Notes under the pieces: generated by a model
The model's database searches: none
Seen by the model: only the letters and a program-made list of their open reading frames with translations
What the model was told of the DNA's origin: nothing
Part shown: positions 49,908-62,492 of the stretch, one piece after another
Position numbering within the stretch: position 1 is the stretch's first letter
How the letters are laid out: every line of letters starts with the position of its first letter
Position numbers and translations under genes: made by a program
NCBI GenBank assembly: GCA_963675495.1
Contig: OY776215.1
Span: 1,952,001 to 2,016,000, forward strand
DNA length: 64,000 bases
Origin: an uncultured Methanolobus sp.
GTDB taxonomy: Archaea; Halobacteriota; Methanosarcinia; Methanosarcinales; Methanosarcinaceae
Direction of reading: 5' to 3'

Positions 49908-49937
49908 TGTCAGGTCACATCTTCTTTTGCTAATTCT

Positions 49938-50549
49938 TTAGTTTTCTACAATACGATGTATTATTTTTTGTTTGGGCAAGTCCTTTTCGAGATTCAATCC
50001 AACAAGAAAACTTCCAACATGTGATTTATTTTCAAAGGGTATTTTGGATTTGATATAGTTGTCAGTTAATCTGGATGGCGATGCAATCAAGGCTTCAGTA
50101 ACATAGTCCATATTTTCAAGTTTCTTCCAAGGCTTTCCACAAATTTCCATAATTGGCGGTTCATTTGTATTCTTTAATTCTCTCATTTTTTGATAATTGA
50201 TGACTATATTTCCGAATACACAATGTTCATGTGAATTTTTATATCTGTTAATGTCAGTAAGATCACTGATGTCTTTACCAATAATTTCTCCCTGATGAAT
50301 GATTCTCAGGTTATCCTTTGGCCAATCGTAATCTTTGTTTGTCAAAAAAGCTATCAATATATCCGCTCTGAGAGCTTGATTGACTCCAATATTATGTTTT
50401 TTACCAAAATAAAGCGAATTCATTTGTTTATCTTTTTCTTCAAGTTTCAGTATTTGTTTGATATCATATTCACTGAGAAGAAAAGTGCTTTCAACTCCCT
50501 TTGTAATGTGGATCAATTCTATGGCTTTTTTAGCTACTAATGAATACAA
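49938..50549 (-). CDS. Hypothetical protein
   Basis: 203-aa ORF, GGAGA RBS, TTG start. Confidence 0.6.
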   Translation of the reverse strand: MYSLVAKKAIELIHITKGVESTFLLSEYDIKQILKLEEKDKQMNSLYFGKKHNIGVNQALRADILIAFLTNKDYDWPKDNLRIIHQGEIIGKDISDLTDINRYKNSHEHCVFGNIVINYQKMRELKNTNEPPIMEICGKPWKKLENMDYVTEALIASPSRLTDNYIKSKIPFENKSHVGSFLVGLNLEKDLPKQKIIHRIVEN

Positions 50550-51018
50550 AGTATCTTTATCTCCGGGTATGTTCGGTTACTTGTTTCTGAGGACTTTATC
50601 TTTTTCAGTATAGTTTGCAGATGTCTTCTTTTCATGAAAATTGGATGTCTGCTATTTTTTTGTGCACTATGATTTATCAAGTAAAAATGATTTAGCTCAA
50701 CATTACTTGTTTTAATCTAAGTTAAATTTTATTGCATATAAATTAATCTGCTAACACAGATTCTGCAGAGATAATCTGCATTAAAGCATCACATATAGGA
50801 TTGATCTAGATTTTGACCTATATTTGTGGTTGACAATTCATGAATTAAAAATTGTTATTTTAATCCCTAATGTGGCTTCTGAAATAATCCATAAAGTTTT
50901 AGATGCCATAAATACCTATTAGAGTAAATTAAAAAAGTAGTGCCCAAGTGATTCTTGAACACTTGCATATGTAAAAACAGGATCATGCGGTAATTTGCAT
51001 GATCGGGATATTTCACTT

Positions 51019-51213
51019 TTATACCTTGACAGCTAAAAGTGAAAGACCGAGTTTTTCTTCAGCTTCTTCGATCTGCTTAAGATCCTCAGTTGTGAGTTCT
51101 ACATTTTTAATATCCTGCCCTGAAAAAGCCAATAGTGTGACGTTTAGCTTACTCTCAAGTTCTTCTATAGTCTTTACTTTTGATTCATCGATTTTTGAAT
51201 AACTCCATAACAT
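51019..51213 (-). CDS. Small protein with internal duplication
   Basis: GGAGA RBS; two similar halves IEELESKLNVTLLAF and IEEAEEKLGLSLLAV. Confidence 0.7.
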   Translation of the reverse strand: MLWSYSKIDESKVKTIEELESKLNVTLLAFSGQDIKNVELTTEDLKQIEEAEEKLGLSLLAVKV

Positions 51214-51896
51214 TTTATTTCTCTCCATAGCGTGTAATGCTGGCTAATATCAATTACTCGGCTATAAAAAGTTTACTATCACTATTCTTTTATGATTGAA
51301 ACCATTATTTTAAAAGCTAATATTTTTTTTACTTCTATGTTTAAACATCTGGGTATTGGATGACATTATTACTTTTAAAAGCTGAAGACATTTGATATAA
51401 TGTGATACTTATTTTAAAAATAAGTATATACAATCCTATATTTAGTTAAAGCATTTTTTTTTCTAATCAGCATCTTCCTGATTATTTTTGTATGTTCTGG
51501 TCAAATTTATCTATTCGCAACAGTGATCTTTTACGGGACAACTCAGTGTGGATATTATGTGTTATTAAAATAATAGAAATAGCACTAAATTATACTATAC
51601 ATTCATCGTGCATGTTATATGTGCTTGAATGCTATCTGCTATTATGATTACTAAATTATGAAGTCATTGATGCTGATTAACCTGTTATTGTCAATCGATT
51701 TCGTTTTTTTTATTTGTTTTTTGCAATCTTTAAAATCAACATTGGATACTATTCTTTCAGTCTAGTGTTACTTTGAGGGCATTTTTTAACATACTAATTC
51801 ACAAGCTATATATATACTAAACATAAATTAGTATTACGAACAACTACTAACACTTGTTTGTATTTATATATTTTTACATTATAGGGGTAATCGATC

Positions 51897-52583
51897 ATGG
51901 AACTACTTTCACTGGCAACAGACGCAATGTCTGCGGAACTTAGCCTTGTTATAATAATCTCGGCTTTCCTTCTTGGTGCGCTGCACGCACTTGAACCCGG
52001 TCACGGAAAATCTATCATGGCAGTTTTTGTAATGGGTACAGATGCTGATCTAAAAGACGCTCTTCTTCTGGGTCTCACCATTGTTGTATCTCATGTAGTA
52101 GTCGTACTGGCATTAGGTGTGGCCTCTATCTACCTTATAGATATACTGGATGTTGACATGACTCATGATATTATGAGTGTGATTGGAGGAGTCATACTAA
52201 TAGGGGTGGGGATATGGATATTAAGGAAATTCTATCATCCGCATGAGCATGCGATCGATACAAAAAAAGGTGTAATTGCAATAGGGCTTTCCACAGGACT
52301 TATACCATGTCCTGCAGCACTTGCAGTATTGCTTTTCAGTATTGCTAATAATCAGGTATACAATGGTCTGATATATGTATTGATATTCAGTGCTGGTCTG
52401 GCAATAGCAATTACATCACTGTCCGTTGTATTTGTCAAAGGGAAAGGTTTCATTGAGAGTTATGTGAGCAGCACAAAGATCAACAAACTCCCTTTAGTGA
52501 GTGGTTCAGTAATCGTTGTGATTGGTTTATTCACACTACTTCACCCACTGCTGGAGCATGTGGCACCGAGCTTTCATATTTAA
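51897..52583 (+). CDS. RcnA/NiCoT-like nickel/cobalt transporter
   Basis: GALHALEPGHGK, HPHEH, GLIPCPAAL. Confidence 0.88.
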   Translation: MELLSLATDAMSAELSLVIIISAFLLGALHALEPGHGKSIMAVFVMGTDADLKDALLLGLTIVVSHVVVVLALGVASIYLIDILDVDMTHDIMSVIGGVILIGVGIWILRKFYHPHEHAIDTKKGVIAIGLSTGLIPCPAALAVLLFSIANNQVYNGLIYVLIFSAGLAIAITSLSVVFVKGKGFIESYVSSTKINKLPLVSGSVIVVIGLFTLLHPLLEHVAPSFHI

Positions 52584-52593
52584 GAATGAGGGC

Positions 52594-53430
52594 TTATAAG
52601 CTCTCATATGTTCTTTTCAACAGGAGAGCATCACCCTCGTTATCAGGGCTTTCGCAGATCAAAGTACCTTTCACGTCGAAGTCCTTCAATGCTCTCATAA
52701 GTTCTGTATATTGAAGGTCGGAATCGTCAAGGTTTAGGTGGTTCCTTTCTCCTTTTTCGCCGTATTCTATGCCTGATACATGCATGTGCATGTCATCCAG
52801 ACCTTCCCTACCGAGTTGATTTTCAACCAGTTCCAGTGTGGAGGTAAATTCTTCATAACTGTTCTCAGCTCCCCCACTCCTTGCATGCAAGTGTGCAAAA
52901 TCAATACATGGGAGTACATTATCTATCTCACTGCTAAGTTTCACGTTCTCTTGCATACTTCCGAACTGGGTTCCCTTGCCGGTTGTTTCAGGGCGAAGTA
53001 CCACATCTATGCCTTCATCAACCAATCGGGCAGTAAGGTGTTTCAACAATAAGAGTACTTTTTCATACACCTTATCAGGTACATCCTTCTGGTAGTATGC
53101 AGGGTGGAATACAATATTCCTTGCTCCACAAAGGCTGCCAATATTTGATGACTTGTATATCCTTTCAATGCTTGCATCAACCTTCTCTGGTTCGGCTGAG
53201 TTTAAGTTGATGTAGTAAGGGGCATGCACACTCAATGCGATTTTTTCATTTTCGGATATTCCAAGAACTTGTCCTGCAGTGGCTTCTCCCATTTTGACTC
53301 CACGAACGAATTCAAGTTCCATGCAGCCAAGTCCAAGTTCTCTGACTCTTTCAATACCTGATATGCTGTTTCTTTTCTTCGAGCTTTTAGGTGTTCCTGA
53401 AGTTCCAAAAAGAAGCTTAGAAGGCTTCAT
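52594..53430 (-). CDS. nfo: Endonuclease IV
   Basis: HAPYYINLN, ETTGK..QFGS, DFAHLHAR, HMHVSG, ICESP. Confidence 0.9.
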   Translation of the reverse strand: MKPSKLLFGTSGTPKSSKKRNSISGIERVRELGLGCMELEFVRGVKMGEATAGQVLGISENEKIALSVHAPYYINLNSAEPEKVDASIERIYKSSNIGSLCGARNIVFHPAYYQKDVPDKVYEKVLLLLKHLTARLVDEGIDVVLRPETTGKGTQFGSMQENVKLSSEIDNVLPCIDFAHLHARSGGAENSYEEFTSTLELVENQLGREGLDDMHMHVSGIEYGEKGERNHLNLDDSDLQYTELMRALKDFDVKGTLICESPDNEGDALLLKRTYESL

Positions 53431-53762
53431 TATGCCATTCCTAGCTTTGCCTTTAGTTCCTTCAATTTTTCGGTTGAAAGTTTCTCTTCAATCAATTCCA
53501 GAACGGTATCGACATCGTCTTCCTCAAGTGATCTGATATCTTCTTTTCCTTCCATGGCAAGCTGGAAAAGATACTCCATTTCTTCTTTGTCAAGCTTGTT
53601 CATCCTGTTCCTGAAATCATCTCCATCTTCTGCTATCTTGTGCGACAGGGGTCGGAGGATAAAAGGATAGTTATGTCCGGCATTAGACATGGTATTTCCA
53701 CTAAGTTCCGGTGCAAGCTTGTTAAATATCTGATTGTCCATTTCGTTGAATACTCTGCCCAT
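53430..53762 (-). CDS. Conserved hypothetical protein
   Basis: 110-aa ORF between coaD and nfo, stop overlaps the nfo start. Confidence 0.7.
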   Translation of the reverse strand: MGRVFNEMDNQIFNKLAPELSGNTMSNAGHNYPFILRPLSHKIAEDGDDFRNRMNKLDKEEMEYLFQLAMEGKEDIRSLEEDDVDTVLELIEEKLSTEKLKELKAKLGMA

Positions 53763-53793
53763 GGAACTTAGTTGTAAAAAATAGTTTATAAAA

Positions 53794-54264
53794 TTATGTT
53801 TCGGAAGGGAATCTGATATGTCCGTGAATATCTATCTCTCCCTGTGCTATCCTTGTTGATGAGATGGGTTTTTCGTCATCTGCAAGCATGTAATCGATCA
53901 TGATCACTTTTATGCTCTTCATTTCCTTATCTTTTCTGAGCTTGTTTATTTTCATGGCAACAGAATGGGTCTCAGGGGAGACTACGATGTAGTCATAGTT
54001 CTCAGTGAGTGTTTTTCCATAGGGGTCATTAAGTTCTATGATCCTGAAATTCTGGTGACCAGACATTTCATTTATGTATCGAAGAAGTTTATCTCTGCGA
54101 ATATTGTAATCGGGAACTCCGCGTGGGCGCCTATTTGCCATCTCATTGGAGGTGAGGCCGATATCAACGTTCCCATCTTCAGCAAGTTCGAATGCTTTTC
54201 TTAACAGTTTTTTATGCCCGTCATGAAGACATTCAAAGGTTCCGCCGACTACTACTCTGGCCAT
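53794..54264 (-). CDS. coaD: Phosphopantetheine adenylyltransferase (archaeal/eukaryotic type)
   Basis: GGTFECLHDGH, DPYG, VVSPET, ISSTRI. Confidence 0.92.
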   Translation of the reverse strand: MARVVVGGTFECLHDGHKKLLRKAFELAEDGNVDIGLTSNEMANRRPRGVPDYNIRRDKLLRYINEMSGHQNFRIIELNDPYGKTLTENYDYIVVSPETHSVAMKINKLRKDKEMKSIKVIMIDYMLADDEKPISSTRIAQGEIDIHGHIRFPSET

Positions 54265-54412
54265 TGCTCCTTAATACTTGCTTTTGAAGATAAGTCTTGT
54301 GTTATAAATAATACTTTCACCCCGCTCTCTTTAGGTATATATACTCAGGAATCAATTAGGTAATCGAACTGTGCACCAGAAGAAAACATGTGCACCTATG
54401 GAGTTAAGAAAA

Positions 54413-55390
54413 ATGTCCGAAGTGTTATTAGAAGAACTGGACCATGTCGGTCCGGCAACCGCTCTAAAATTGAAAGATGCAGGGTTTACGACAATTGAAG
54501 CAATTGCTGTTTCCTCACCTGCAGAACTTGCAACCGCAGCTGAAATAGGCGAATCAACGGCTTCAAAGATCATTCTCGCAGCCCGTCAATCGGCCGATAT
54601 CGGAGGCTTTGAGACTGGTGATATTGTGATGGAACGCAGGAAGCTTGTAGGTAAGTTAACCACAGGTTGTACTGAATTCAATGAAATGATGGGCGGAGGA
54701 ATAGACACTCAGGCAATTACTGAATTCTATGGTGAATTCGGTTCTGGTAAAACACAGGTCGCACATCAGCTTGCTGTTAATGTACAATTACCAAAGGAGC
54801 AGGGCGGACTTAGTGGCTCTGTAGTTATCATTGATACCGAGAACACCTTCAGACCAGAAAGGATTAAACAGATGGTGGATGGTTTGTCCGAAATATATGG
54901 TCAGGAATATGACCATGAAGAATTCCTTAAACATATACATGTAGCACGCGCTTACAATTCTAATCATCAGATACTCCTTGTTGATTCAGCAATGGAACTT
55001 GCCAATGAATTGAAGGATACGGACATGCCCGTGAAGCTTTTTATTGTAGATTCCCTGACTGCTCACTTCAGGGCAGAATACATAGGCAGGGGAACACTTG
55101 CTGACAGGCAGCAAAAGCTCAATAAGCATCTTCATGGTCTGCAAAAATGTGGAGATCTCTATAATGCATGTGTCGTCGTCACAAATCAGGTTATGTCCAA
55201 ACCCGATGCATTCTTTGGTGACCCTACTAAACCGATCGGGGGCCATATTGTGGGGCACACATCAACATTCAGGCTCTACATGCGTAAATCCAAAGGTGAC
55301 AAGAGGATAGTTAAGCTTGTAGATTCTCCAAATCTTCCTGACGGGGAAGCAATAATTTCTGTAACCACACCTGGTCTGCGTGATCCATAA
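54413..55390 (+). CDS. radA: DNA repair and recombination protein RadA
   Basis: N-terminal Hh[30 protein letters not shown]. Confidence 0.97.
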   Translation: MSEVLLEELDHVGPATALKLKDAGFTTIEAIAVSSPAELATAAEIGESTASKIILAARQSADIGGFETGDIVMERRKLVGKLTTGCTEFNEMMGGGIDTQAITEFYGEFGSGKTQVAHQLAVNVQLPKEQGGLSGSVVIIDTENTFRPERIKQMVDGLSEIYGQEYDHEEFLKHIHVARAYNSNHQILLVDSAMELANELKDTDMPVKLFIVDSLTAHFRAEYIGRGTLADRQQKLNKHLHGLQKCGDLYNACVVVTNQVMSKPDAFFGDPTKPIGGHIVGHTSTFRLYMRKSKGDKRIVKLVDSPNLPDGEAIISVTTPGLRDP

Positions 55391-55407
55391 TACATAACGG
55401 TTTATCA

Positions 55408-55432
55408 GGGAATCTCTTTAAAAGGGATTCCT
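55408..55432 (+). terminator. Hairpin plus T-tract after radA
   Basis: GGAATCTCTTT/AAAGGGATTCC inverted repeat then CTCTCTTTT. Confidence 0.45.
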
Positions 55433-55591
55433 CCTCTCTTTTAAGGTTTAGTTCGCAGTCATTTCTGTTGAACAGGAATGTTTGATTTTATTTTTAATAG
55501 TTTTCTCTAAAAGCCTGATGTCTATTGAGATCTCATTGAACTATCCGAAGCATCGAAAACACTTAAATCTCTCTCTTCATATCTATTGTTT

Positions 55592-56272
55592 ATGAAATAC
55601 AAGGCTCTTGTAATTGACATAGATGGCACTATCACCCATATGGATCGCAAGCTTAGCCTCAAGGCTGCTGCAAAACTGCGTTCACTTGACATTCCTGTTG
55701 TAATTGCAACTGGAAACGTCCTATGTTATGCCAAAGCCACAGCAAAACTGGTCGGCGTGTGTTGTAACATCATAGCTGAGAATGGGGGTGTCATAATCGA
55801 TGGGTTTGACAATGAGCCAATTGTTTCAGATGTTATTCATGAATGCGAGGATGCATATGAATTCCTTTCTTCCAGGTTTGATATGGAAAAGCTTGATTCT
55901 GTACACAGGAAAACGGAAATTGTCTTGCGAAACAACTTTGATGTTGAAGCTGCCAGGAAATTATTGGGGTCACGTTTTCCGGGAATTGAAATAATAGATA
56001 CTCATTTTGCAATCCATATAAAGAGCAGAAAAATAAACAAGGGCACGGGCCTTATGAAAATGGCTGAATTAATGGGACTCAAGACCTCTGATTTTATTGC
56101 CATCGGGGATTCAGTGAACGATCTTGAGATGCTTGAAGAAGCAGGTTTTGCAATTGCGGTAGGCAACGCTGATGATTTCTTAAAGGACGCTGCTGATTAC
56201 GTAAGCACAGCGACATATGGTGATGGCACTGCAGAAGCTGTGGATTTCCTTTTATCCAAGGGTATGATCTAA
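55592..56272 (+). CDS. HAD hydrolase, archaeal phosphoglycolate phosphatase type
   Basis: DIDGT, ATGN, AENGG, NKG, GDSVND. Confidence 0.88.
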   Translation: MKYKALVIDIDGTITHMDRKLSLKAAAKLRSLDIPVVIATGNVLCYAKATAKLVGVCCNIIAENGGVIIDGFDNEPIVSDVIHECEDAYEFLSSRFDMEKLDSVHRKTEIVLRNNFDVEAARKLLGSRFPGIEIIDTHFAIHIKSRKINKGTGLMKMAELMGLKTSDFIAIGDSVNDLEMLEEAGFAIAVGNADDFLKDAADYVSTATYGDGTAEAVDFLLSKGMI

Positions 56273-56344
56273 TACTCTTGTCTGTTAAAAATAGAATTGA
56301 TGTCAGAGCTGCAAAGATGGATTCACACTTTGCAACCTGAACAT

Positions 56345-56620
56345 TTACATGCTGATATTTTCAGTAGCCAGTCCACGTGCTATGTTTTTGTCGACGACTA
56401 TGTAGTCTTTTATTGCTCTTACAGATTCAAAAGGTAATAATATATACTGTTCATCAACCTTGTATCTTGATGTGTCAAGACTCATGTCCGGTTTAACGAT
56501 CAGGTCTATAATATCTCCTGTCTTAATATCCATTACAATATTGAACAGTATACCTATTTCTGTTCCATCTGTTGCCATTACCTGTTTGCTCGAAAGGTTC
56601 TTCGCAAAGACATTTGCCAT
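56345..56620 (-). CDS. PRC-barrel domain protein (CdpB-like)
   Basis: LSSKQVMATDGTEIG...D..TG.I, PFESVRAIKDYIVV. Confidence 0.85.
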   Translation of the reverse strand: MANVFAKNLSSKQVMATDGTEIGILFNIVMDIKTGDIIDLIVKPDMSLDTSRYKVDEQYILLPFESVRAIKDYIVVDKNIARGLATENISM

Positions 56621-56668
56621 TTTCATTCGCCCCTTTGTATAAAAATCACATTTAAATTTTTCATATAT

Positions 56669-58915
56669 TTATCTGTATCCTATATAAGAACTCGCTTCTT
56701 CTTTTTTGATACCGCCCTTGAACTGTGCCTGTATTTTCTCGTAATACTCCATCAGATTCTCGGACAATGTTGGTCTTACCTTGTTCAGGGCTTCTTTGAA
56801 ATATTTCATGCCAACCTTTTGAACTTCAAAGTTCTCTCTCAATGCCAGCATGACAGCCTCTCTGCAAACGGCTTCAATATCTGCTCCAACGAAACCTTCT
56901 GTGATGGTTGCAAGATCGTCTATTGTTACATCATCATCCAGTGGTATGTTCTTGGCATGTATTTTAAATATCTCTTTTCTGCCTGCAAAAGTGGATTGTC
57001 CTACAAGTACCATCCTGTCAAATCTTCCAGATCGGATAAGTGCCGGATCAATGATGTCAGGGCGGTTGGTTGCGGCAACGACGACTATCTCTTTTAAAGG
57101 CTCAAGACCATCAAGTTCTGTCAAAAGCTGGTTCACAATTCTCTCGGATACTTTTGAGTCCTCGGAGGCTGCACTTCTCATTGGTGCGATAGAATCAAGT
57201 TCATCAAAGAATACGATACAAGGGGCTACCTGCCTTGCTTTTTTGAAAGTCTCTCTGATGGCTTTCTCTGATTCACCCACCCACTTTGAGAGCATCTGTG
57301 GACCTTTAACGCTGATGAAATTTGCGTTTGACTCATTTGCGACAGCTTGTGCAATAAGTGTTTTTCCGGTACCAGGTGGACCGAACAGTAACACTCCTTT
57401 TGGGGGTTTGATTCCCATGTTTACGAACTTGTCCGGGCTGGTAAGTGGCCACTCTACAGCTTCCCTTATTTCTTGCTTCGCCTTATCAAGTCCTCCGACA
57501 TCATCCCATTTCACGGATGGAATCTCCACAAGGACTTCTCTCATTGCAGAAGGTTCTATTTCCCGGAGTGCAATTTCAAAGTCATCCTTGCATACCATGA
57601 TAGTATCGAGTATTTCCTGGGGTATGTCCTCGTCTTCAAGATTGATATCAGGCAATGCACGTCTCAGGGACCGCATTGCAGCTTCCTGCACAAGGGCAAG
57701 AAGATCTGCACCTACAAATGCCTGTGTATGTTTTGCAATATAATCCAGGAAATCCTCGTCTACATCTTCAGCCAAAGGAACTCCTCTTGTGTGGATCTGC
57801 ATTATCTCAAGGCGGTCATCATTATCAGGAACTCCTATCTCAATTTCCCTGTCAAATCTTCCAGGTCTGCGAAGTGCCGGATCAATTGCATCTACACGGT
57901 TGGTAGCACCTATCACAACGACCTGACCTCTTTCTTCAAGGCCGTCCATCATTGTAAGCAACTGGGCAACAACCCTGCGTTCGACCTCTCCTGTAACGTT
58001 CTCTCTCTTTGGTGCAATAGAGTCGATCTCATCAATGAATATTATTGAAGGGGCATCATCTTCCGCTTCCTCGAAAATTTTACGGATGCGCTCTTCACTT
58101 TCTCCGTAATATTTTCCCATAATCTCGGGACCTGCAACATAAAGGAAATTTGCCCTTGATTCATTTGCAACAGCTTTGGCAATCAATGTTTTTCCGGTTC
58201 CTGGGGGACCGTAAAGTATGATTCCCTTCGGTGGTTCGATGTTAAGTCTCTGGAATAGTTCGGGGTGCTTCAATGGAAGCTCGATCATTTCCCTGACACG
58301 CTGTATCTCTGTTCCAAGACCGCCGATATCCTCGTATGTGACTCCTCTGGTTGCGCCATCGTACCCGCGAACTGGTTTCTGACGAAGTTCTATTTCTGTA
58401 AACTCTCCGACAATAAGGATGTCTTCTTTTGGTTCGGTTTCAACAGCTACCAAGGGTATTGCCTGTCCTCCGCCCATTTGGCTTGACATTGGCTGTGTCA
58501 TTGAGCTGATGATGGGGATTATATCTCCTTCTACAAGAGGACGCTTCATTATATTGCGCTTAATTATCTCACTAATATGATCTCCGTATTCCATAGTGAC
58601 ACCTTCGGGAGGTGCCAGCACAACTTTTGTGGCAGTTACGACATCGGCTTTTCTTACTGTGATCCTTTCCCCGATTCCGACGCCTGCATTCTGCCTTATA
58701 AAACCGTCTATTCTGGCAATACCTTGTCCCCAGTCTTGTCTTTCAGCTCTCCATACCTTGGCTGCGGTCTTTCTCTTTCCCTCTATCTCAACAATGTCGC
58801 CAGGTGAGAGTTGAAGGCTTAAGAGTGTAGTAGGGTCCAGACGGATAATTCCCCTCCCAAAATCATTTGGGTGTGCTTTCTCTACTTTGATCTGTACTTC
58901 ATCCATTATTTTCAT
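56669..58915 (-). CDS. cdc48: CDC48/VCP-family AAA+ ATPase
   Basis: N-domain plus two [11 protein letters not shown] modules; C-terminal YIGYR. Confidence 0.96.
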   Translation of the reverse strand: MKIMDEVQIKVEKAHPNDFGRGIIRLDPTTLLSLQLSPGDIVEIEGKRKTAAKVWRAERQDWGQGIARIDGFIRQNAGVGIGERITVRKADVVTATKVVLAPPEGVTMEYGDHISEIIKRNIMKRPLVEGDIIPIISSMTQPMSSQMGGGQAIPLVAVETEPKEDILIVGEFTEIELRQKPVRGYDGATRGVTYEDIGGLGTEIQRVREMIELPLKHPELFQRLNIEPPKGIILYGPPGTGKTLIAKAVANESRANFLYVAGPEIMGKYYGESEERIRKIFEEAEDDAPSIIFIDEIDSIAPKRENVTGEVERRVVAQLLTMMDGLEERGQVVVIGATNRVDAIDPALRRPGRFDREIEIGVPDNDDRLEIMQIHTRGVPLAEDVDEDFLDYIAKHTQAFVGADLLALVQEAAMRSLRRALPDINLEDEDIPQEILDTIMVCKDDFEIALREIEPSAMREVLVEIPSVKWDDVGGLDKAKQEIREAVEWPLTSPDKFVNMGIKPPKGVLLFGPPGTGKTLIAQAVANESNANFISVKGPQMLSKWVGESEKAIRETFKKARQVAPCIVFFDELDSIAPMRSAASEDSKVSERIVNQLLTELDGLEPLKEIVVVAATNRPDIIDPALIRSGRFDRMVLVGQSTFAGRKEIFKIHAKNIPLDDDVTIDDLATITEGFVGADIEAVCREAVMLALRENFEVQKVGMKYFKEALNKVRPTLSENLMEYYEKIQAQFKGGIKKEEASSYIGYR

Positions 58916-59169
58916 CCCTACAATTATTATAAACCAATAGTGTGATTGTAATTTATATCTACCTATTTTATTCTAAAGAATAAATAAGATATGGTGTCCC
59001 TATCCACCCATAGTTTGCTTTCTTGTTAAGAAGGTTTAAATATCATTTGTGTATATTTATCGTTGTAAGATTAAACATTATTCTGGGATTCATTTAATTA
59101 GATTTTTTATCTATGGTGTTTTTCATTATGATTTTGGTTTTACTTTTGAATTAAAGGACGTGCATTATT

Positions 59170-59382
59170 TTGTTTAATAACAATGATAGAGAATCAACAG
59201 CTCCTGTAGATGTTGGAGAGACATACGAAGTAACGATTGAAGATATTGCAAGAGAAGGCGACGGCATTGCCAGAGTAGAAGGATTTGTAATCTTTGTACC
59301 ACAGACCCAGGTCGGCGATACCGTAAATATCAAGATCACAAGAGTATTGCGCAAATTTGCTTTTGGAGAGAAAGAAGAATAA
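59170..59382 (+). CDS. Single TRAM-domain RNA-binding protein
   Basis: APVDVGETYEVTIEDIAREGDGIARVEGFVIFVP. Confidence 0.92.
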   Translation: MFNNNDRESTAPVDVGETYEVTIEDIAREGDGIARVEGFVIFVPQTQVGDTVNIKITRVLRKFAFGEKEE

Positions 59383-59507
59383 ATCTTCAAAGAATGGTTA
59401 TCACCATTCTTTCAAACTCTTTTTTGTTTATTATTTATGTTTTTAGGTTTTTTTTCCTTTTCATTATAAGGAAATGTATTTATGTGCCAATCACCCATGC
59501 TTTTACT

Positions 59508-60158
59508 ATGGGGTTAAAAGCATTATTTCTTAATTGTACACTGAAGCGTTCTCCTGACATATCGAACACCAGAGTTCTAATTGACAAAGCAGTCAGGCTT
59601 TTTGAAGGAATAGGTGTTGAAAGTGAAGTTGTCAGGGTTACTGATTACAACGTCAAATTCGGTGTTTCCTCTGATGAAGGGGAAGGTGATGAGTGGCCAT
59701 TGATTCTTGAAAAGGTTAGAGCATCTGACATCCTTGTCATAGGTTCTCCTATATGGTTCGGTGTGCGCTCTTCAGTGGCACAGATGGTTATGGAGAGACT
59801 TGATGGTACCTATGAGGAAAGCGATCCAAAGAACGGCCAGTTTCCTTTATATGGTAAAGTGGGTGGAGTGATCATCACCGGTAACGAGGATGGGGCACAC
59901 GATGTTGCGGCAAATACGTTATTCAATCTGACACACCTCGGGTGTACCATACCACCAAATGTCGATAGCTATTGGGTAGGTCCTGCTGGCCCTGGTCCCA
60001 GTTATATTGAAGCAGGTGGGGAAAAACATCTCTACACCAATAAGACCGTACGGTATATGGTGCATAACCTTGCTTTCTTTGCTGAATTACTGAAGAGCAA
60101 TCCTATAACAACAAACATCAATGAATTGTATGAAGATGCCCTAAAGGAAAGTGAATAG
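59508..60158 (+). CDS. Flavodoxin-family / NADPH-dependent FMN reductase
   Basis: NCTLKRSP..SNT, GSPIWFG, TGNEDGAH; ATG 59508. Confidence 0.85.
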   Translation: MGLKALFLNCTLKRSPDISNTRVLIDKAVRLFEGIGVESEVVRVTDYNVKFGVSSDEGEGDEWPLILEKVRASDILVIGSPIWFGVRSSVAQMVMERLDGTYEESDPKNGQFPLYGKVGGVIITGNEDGAHDVAANTLFNLTHLGCTIPPNVDSYWVGPAGPGPSYIEAGGEKHLYTNKTVRYMVHNLAFFAELLKSNPITTNINELYEDALKESE

Positions 60159-60205
60159 TCTTTTCCAAGACTATTCTTTCAATATAAAAAATAATGAGAT
60201 GATGG

Positions 60206-62353
60206 TTATTCCATCATCAATGCCATGAGGCTGTTTCTTGCTCCTTTTATTTCATCAGGGCTCAGCTGGATATTTGAAGCTCCGATACGGATGTTCAATA
60301 TATCCCCGCCAACTGTTCCAATCACGGCATGTGGCACATCTTTTAGTAAATCTGTAACTTCAGCAGGCTCAGAAGTAACTATCAACGCCCTTGCATAGGA
60401 TTCAGAGAACAGGATGTCATCTGCCCTGAGGCCTTCTCCTACGTTGCTCAGATCAACATCTGCGCCGTAGTTCTCACACATTTCGCAAATTGAAGCTGCA
60501 ATTCCTCCAATTGATATATCATGTGATGCTGTGAGCTTTCCACTTTTTGCAAGGTCTATGAGCGTATCGATTACCTTGGTGATATTTTTAGGTGGTTGCG
60601 GCGCGTTTCCATCATTTTCCTTTCCTATGATGTTGTAGTATTCAGAACCGCCAAGCTCATCGCCTGTTGTTCCTACAAGAATAATGGTGTCTCCTTCCTT
60701 AGTGAAAACACCTGAAGGGGCCATGGTAACATCTTCGATATGTCCTACAAGGCCTATGGATGGTGTAGGGGCAATTGCTGTCTTGAATTCTCCACTCTCA
60801 TTGTAAAGGGATACATTTCCTCCAACCACTGGTATTGTAAGGTCTCTTGCTGCATCACCGAGTCCAAGGATCGCATGCTTGAATTGCCAGTATATGTCGG
60901 GTCTTTCCGGGTTTCCAAAGTTCAGGCAATCAACAATGGCGATTCCACGTGCACCTTTTACAGCAAGGTTCATGGCATTCTCAATGACCGTTCCTTTTCC
61001 ACCTGCATATGGGTCAAGCTGTGTGTGCCTTGGGTTGCATCCGCATGAGAGTGCTATCCCCTCATTTCCATCAATGCGTAGTATTCCTGCGTCATCTCCG
61101 GGTTTTGTGACTGTGCGCACCTGCACTTCATGATCATACTGCCTGTATATCCATCTCTTTGAAGCTATGTTGTGGGAAGACAATAAGTCAAGTACTGCTT
61201 GCTTCAGGTCTGCCGGCATGTCAGGCTTATCTCCGATGTCACGTGGGGCAGGAGCTTCAGAAGGGCGCTCGAACGTTGGTGCTCCTTCTGTTAATTCTTT
61301 AATTGGTATATCAGCAACGACCTCTCCCTCGAACTCAACGGTATAGTTCAGCACTTCTGTGAGTTCGCCTATCATGCTTACATTAAGGTCGTACTTCTTT
61401 GCGATATCCAATACGGCATCCACATTTTCAGGTTCTACTTCAAGTAGCATACGTTCCTGTGATTCAGCAATCAGTATCTCATAAGGTGTCATGCCTGTCT
61501 CGCGCAGGATCACATTGTCGGCAATGATTCTCATTCCGAGATTGCCTTTGGATGCCATTTCCGAGCTTGCACCAGCAAGTCCTGCAGCTCCAAGGTCTCT
61601 GCATGATTTTACGTATCCTTTTCCAATGACTTCCAGCGTTGCCTCGATAACCAGTTTTTCAGTGAATGGGTCACCTATCTGGATGCTTGGTCTGTCCTCT
61701 GCTTCAGAATCCTCTGAAAGGTCCCTTGATGCAAAAGATGCTCCTCCAAGTCCGTCCCTTCCGGTTGTGGATCCCATCAGTACAAGCTTGTTACCTGCAG
61801 TTTGCGCACAGGCAGTCACGACATCCTTCTCGCGTGCAAGACCAACCGCGACCACATTTACCAGGGGGTTTCCACTGTATGATTTGTCAAAGAATGCTTC
61901 ACCACGTACGACTGGTACTCCGATACAGTTGCCGTATCCTGCAATTCCTTCAATGATATGCTCAAAGAGGTAGAGGTTCTTCGGGTTGTCAAGAGGTCCG
62001 AAATAGAGTGGGTCCATAAGTGCAATAGGTCTTGCTCCCATTGAAATTATATCGCGCACGATTCCTCCCACGCCTGTGGCTGAACCGTTGTATGGATCTA
62101 CGTATGAGGGGTGATTGTGGCTTTCCATTCCTACTGCAAGTACCCATCCGTTTCCAAAACTGATAATGGCTGCATCATCTCCGGGTCCTATAATTACTTT
62201 GTCTCCGGTAGTTGTAAATGTCTTAAGCAGTGGTGCACTTGAGCGATATGAGCAGTGCTCGCTCCATAGGTTCAGGAAACAACCTTGTTCTACGAGATTT
62301 GGTTCTCTTCCCATCTTCTCTGTTATGATCTTTAAGTCATCTTCAGGTAACAT
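60206..62353 (-). CDS. purL: FGAM synthase subunit PurL
   Basis: [42 protein letters not shown]. Confidence 0.97.
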   Translation of the reverse strand: MLPEDDLKIITEKMGREPNLVEQGCFLNLWSEHCSYRSSAPLLKTFTTTGDKVIIGPGDDAAIISFGNGWVLAVGMESHNHPSYVDPYNGSATGVGGIVRDIISMGARPIALMDPLYFGPLDNPKNLYLFEHIIEGIAGYGNCIGVPVVRGEAFFDKSYSGNPLVNVVAVGLAREKDVVTACAQTAGNKLVLMGSTTGRDGLGGASFASRDLSEDSEAEDRPSIQIGDPFTEKLVIEATLEVIGKGYVKSCRDLGAAGLAGASSEMASKGNLGMRIIADNVILRETGMTPYEILIAESQERMLLEVEPENVDAVLDIAKKYDLNVSMIGELTEVLNYTVEFEGEVVADIPIKELTEGAPTFERPSEAPAPRDIGDKPDMPADLKQAVLDLLSSHNIASKRWIYRQYDHEVQVRTVTKPGDDAGILRIDGNEGIALSCGCNPRHTQLDPYAGGKGTVIENAMNLAVKGARGIAIVDCLNFGNPERPDIYWQFKHAILGLGDAARDLTIPVVGGNVSLYNESGEFKTAIAPTPSIGLVGHIEDVTMAPSGVFTKEGDTIILVGTTGDELGGSEYYNIIGKENDGNAPQPPKNITKVIDTLIDLAKSGKLTASHDISIGGIAASICEMCENYGADVDLSNVGEGLRADDILFSESYARALIVTSEPAEVTDLLKDVPHAVIGTVGGDILNIRIGASNIQLSPDEIKGARNSLMALMME

Positions 62354-62492
62354 TCATGTGCCTCTGGTTTAATATGATGATATGTGTATGGTGAATTATC
62401 AGGGCTTTAAAGAACCCTTAATGTAATAAACATTTCTTTGAACAGGTTTTAAGGCAGATTCCAATAATGTGGCATGTGCAAGGGTTAATGTT

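Noticed and set aside
50550-51896. Replication origin in the long AT-rich intergenic region
   Set aside because: No ORB repeats with G-strings seen and no adjacent cdc6/orc1
56850-58048. Long antisense ORFs opposite cdc48 (also opposite purL, ychF and the MFS gene)
   Set aside because: Shadow frames of conserved genes with no independent motifs
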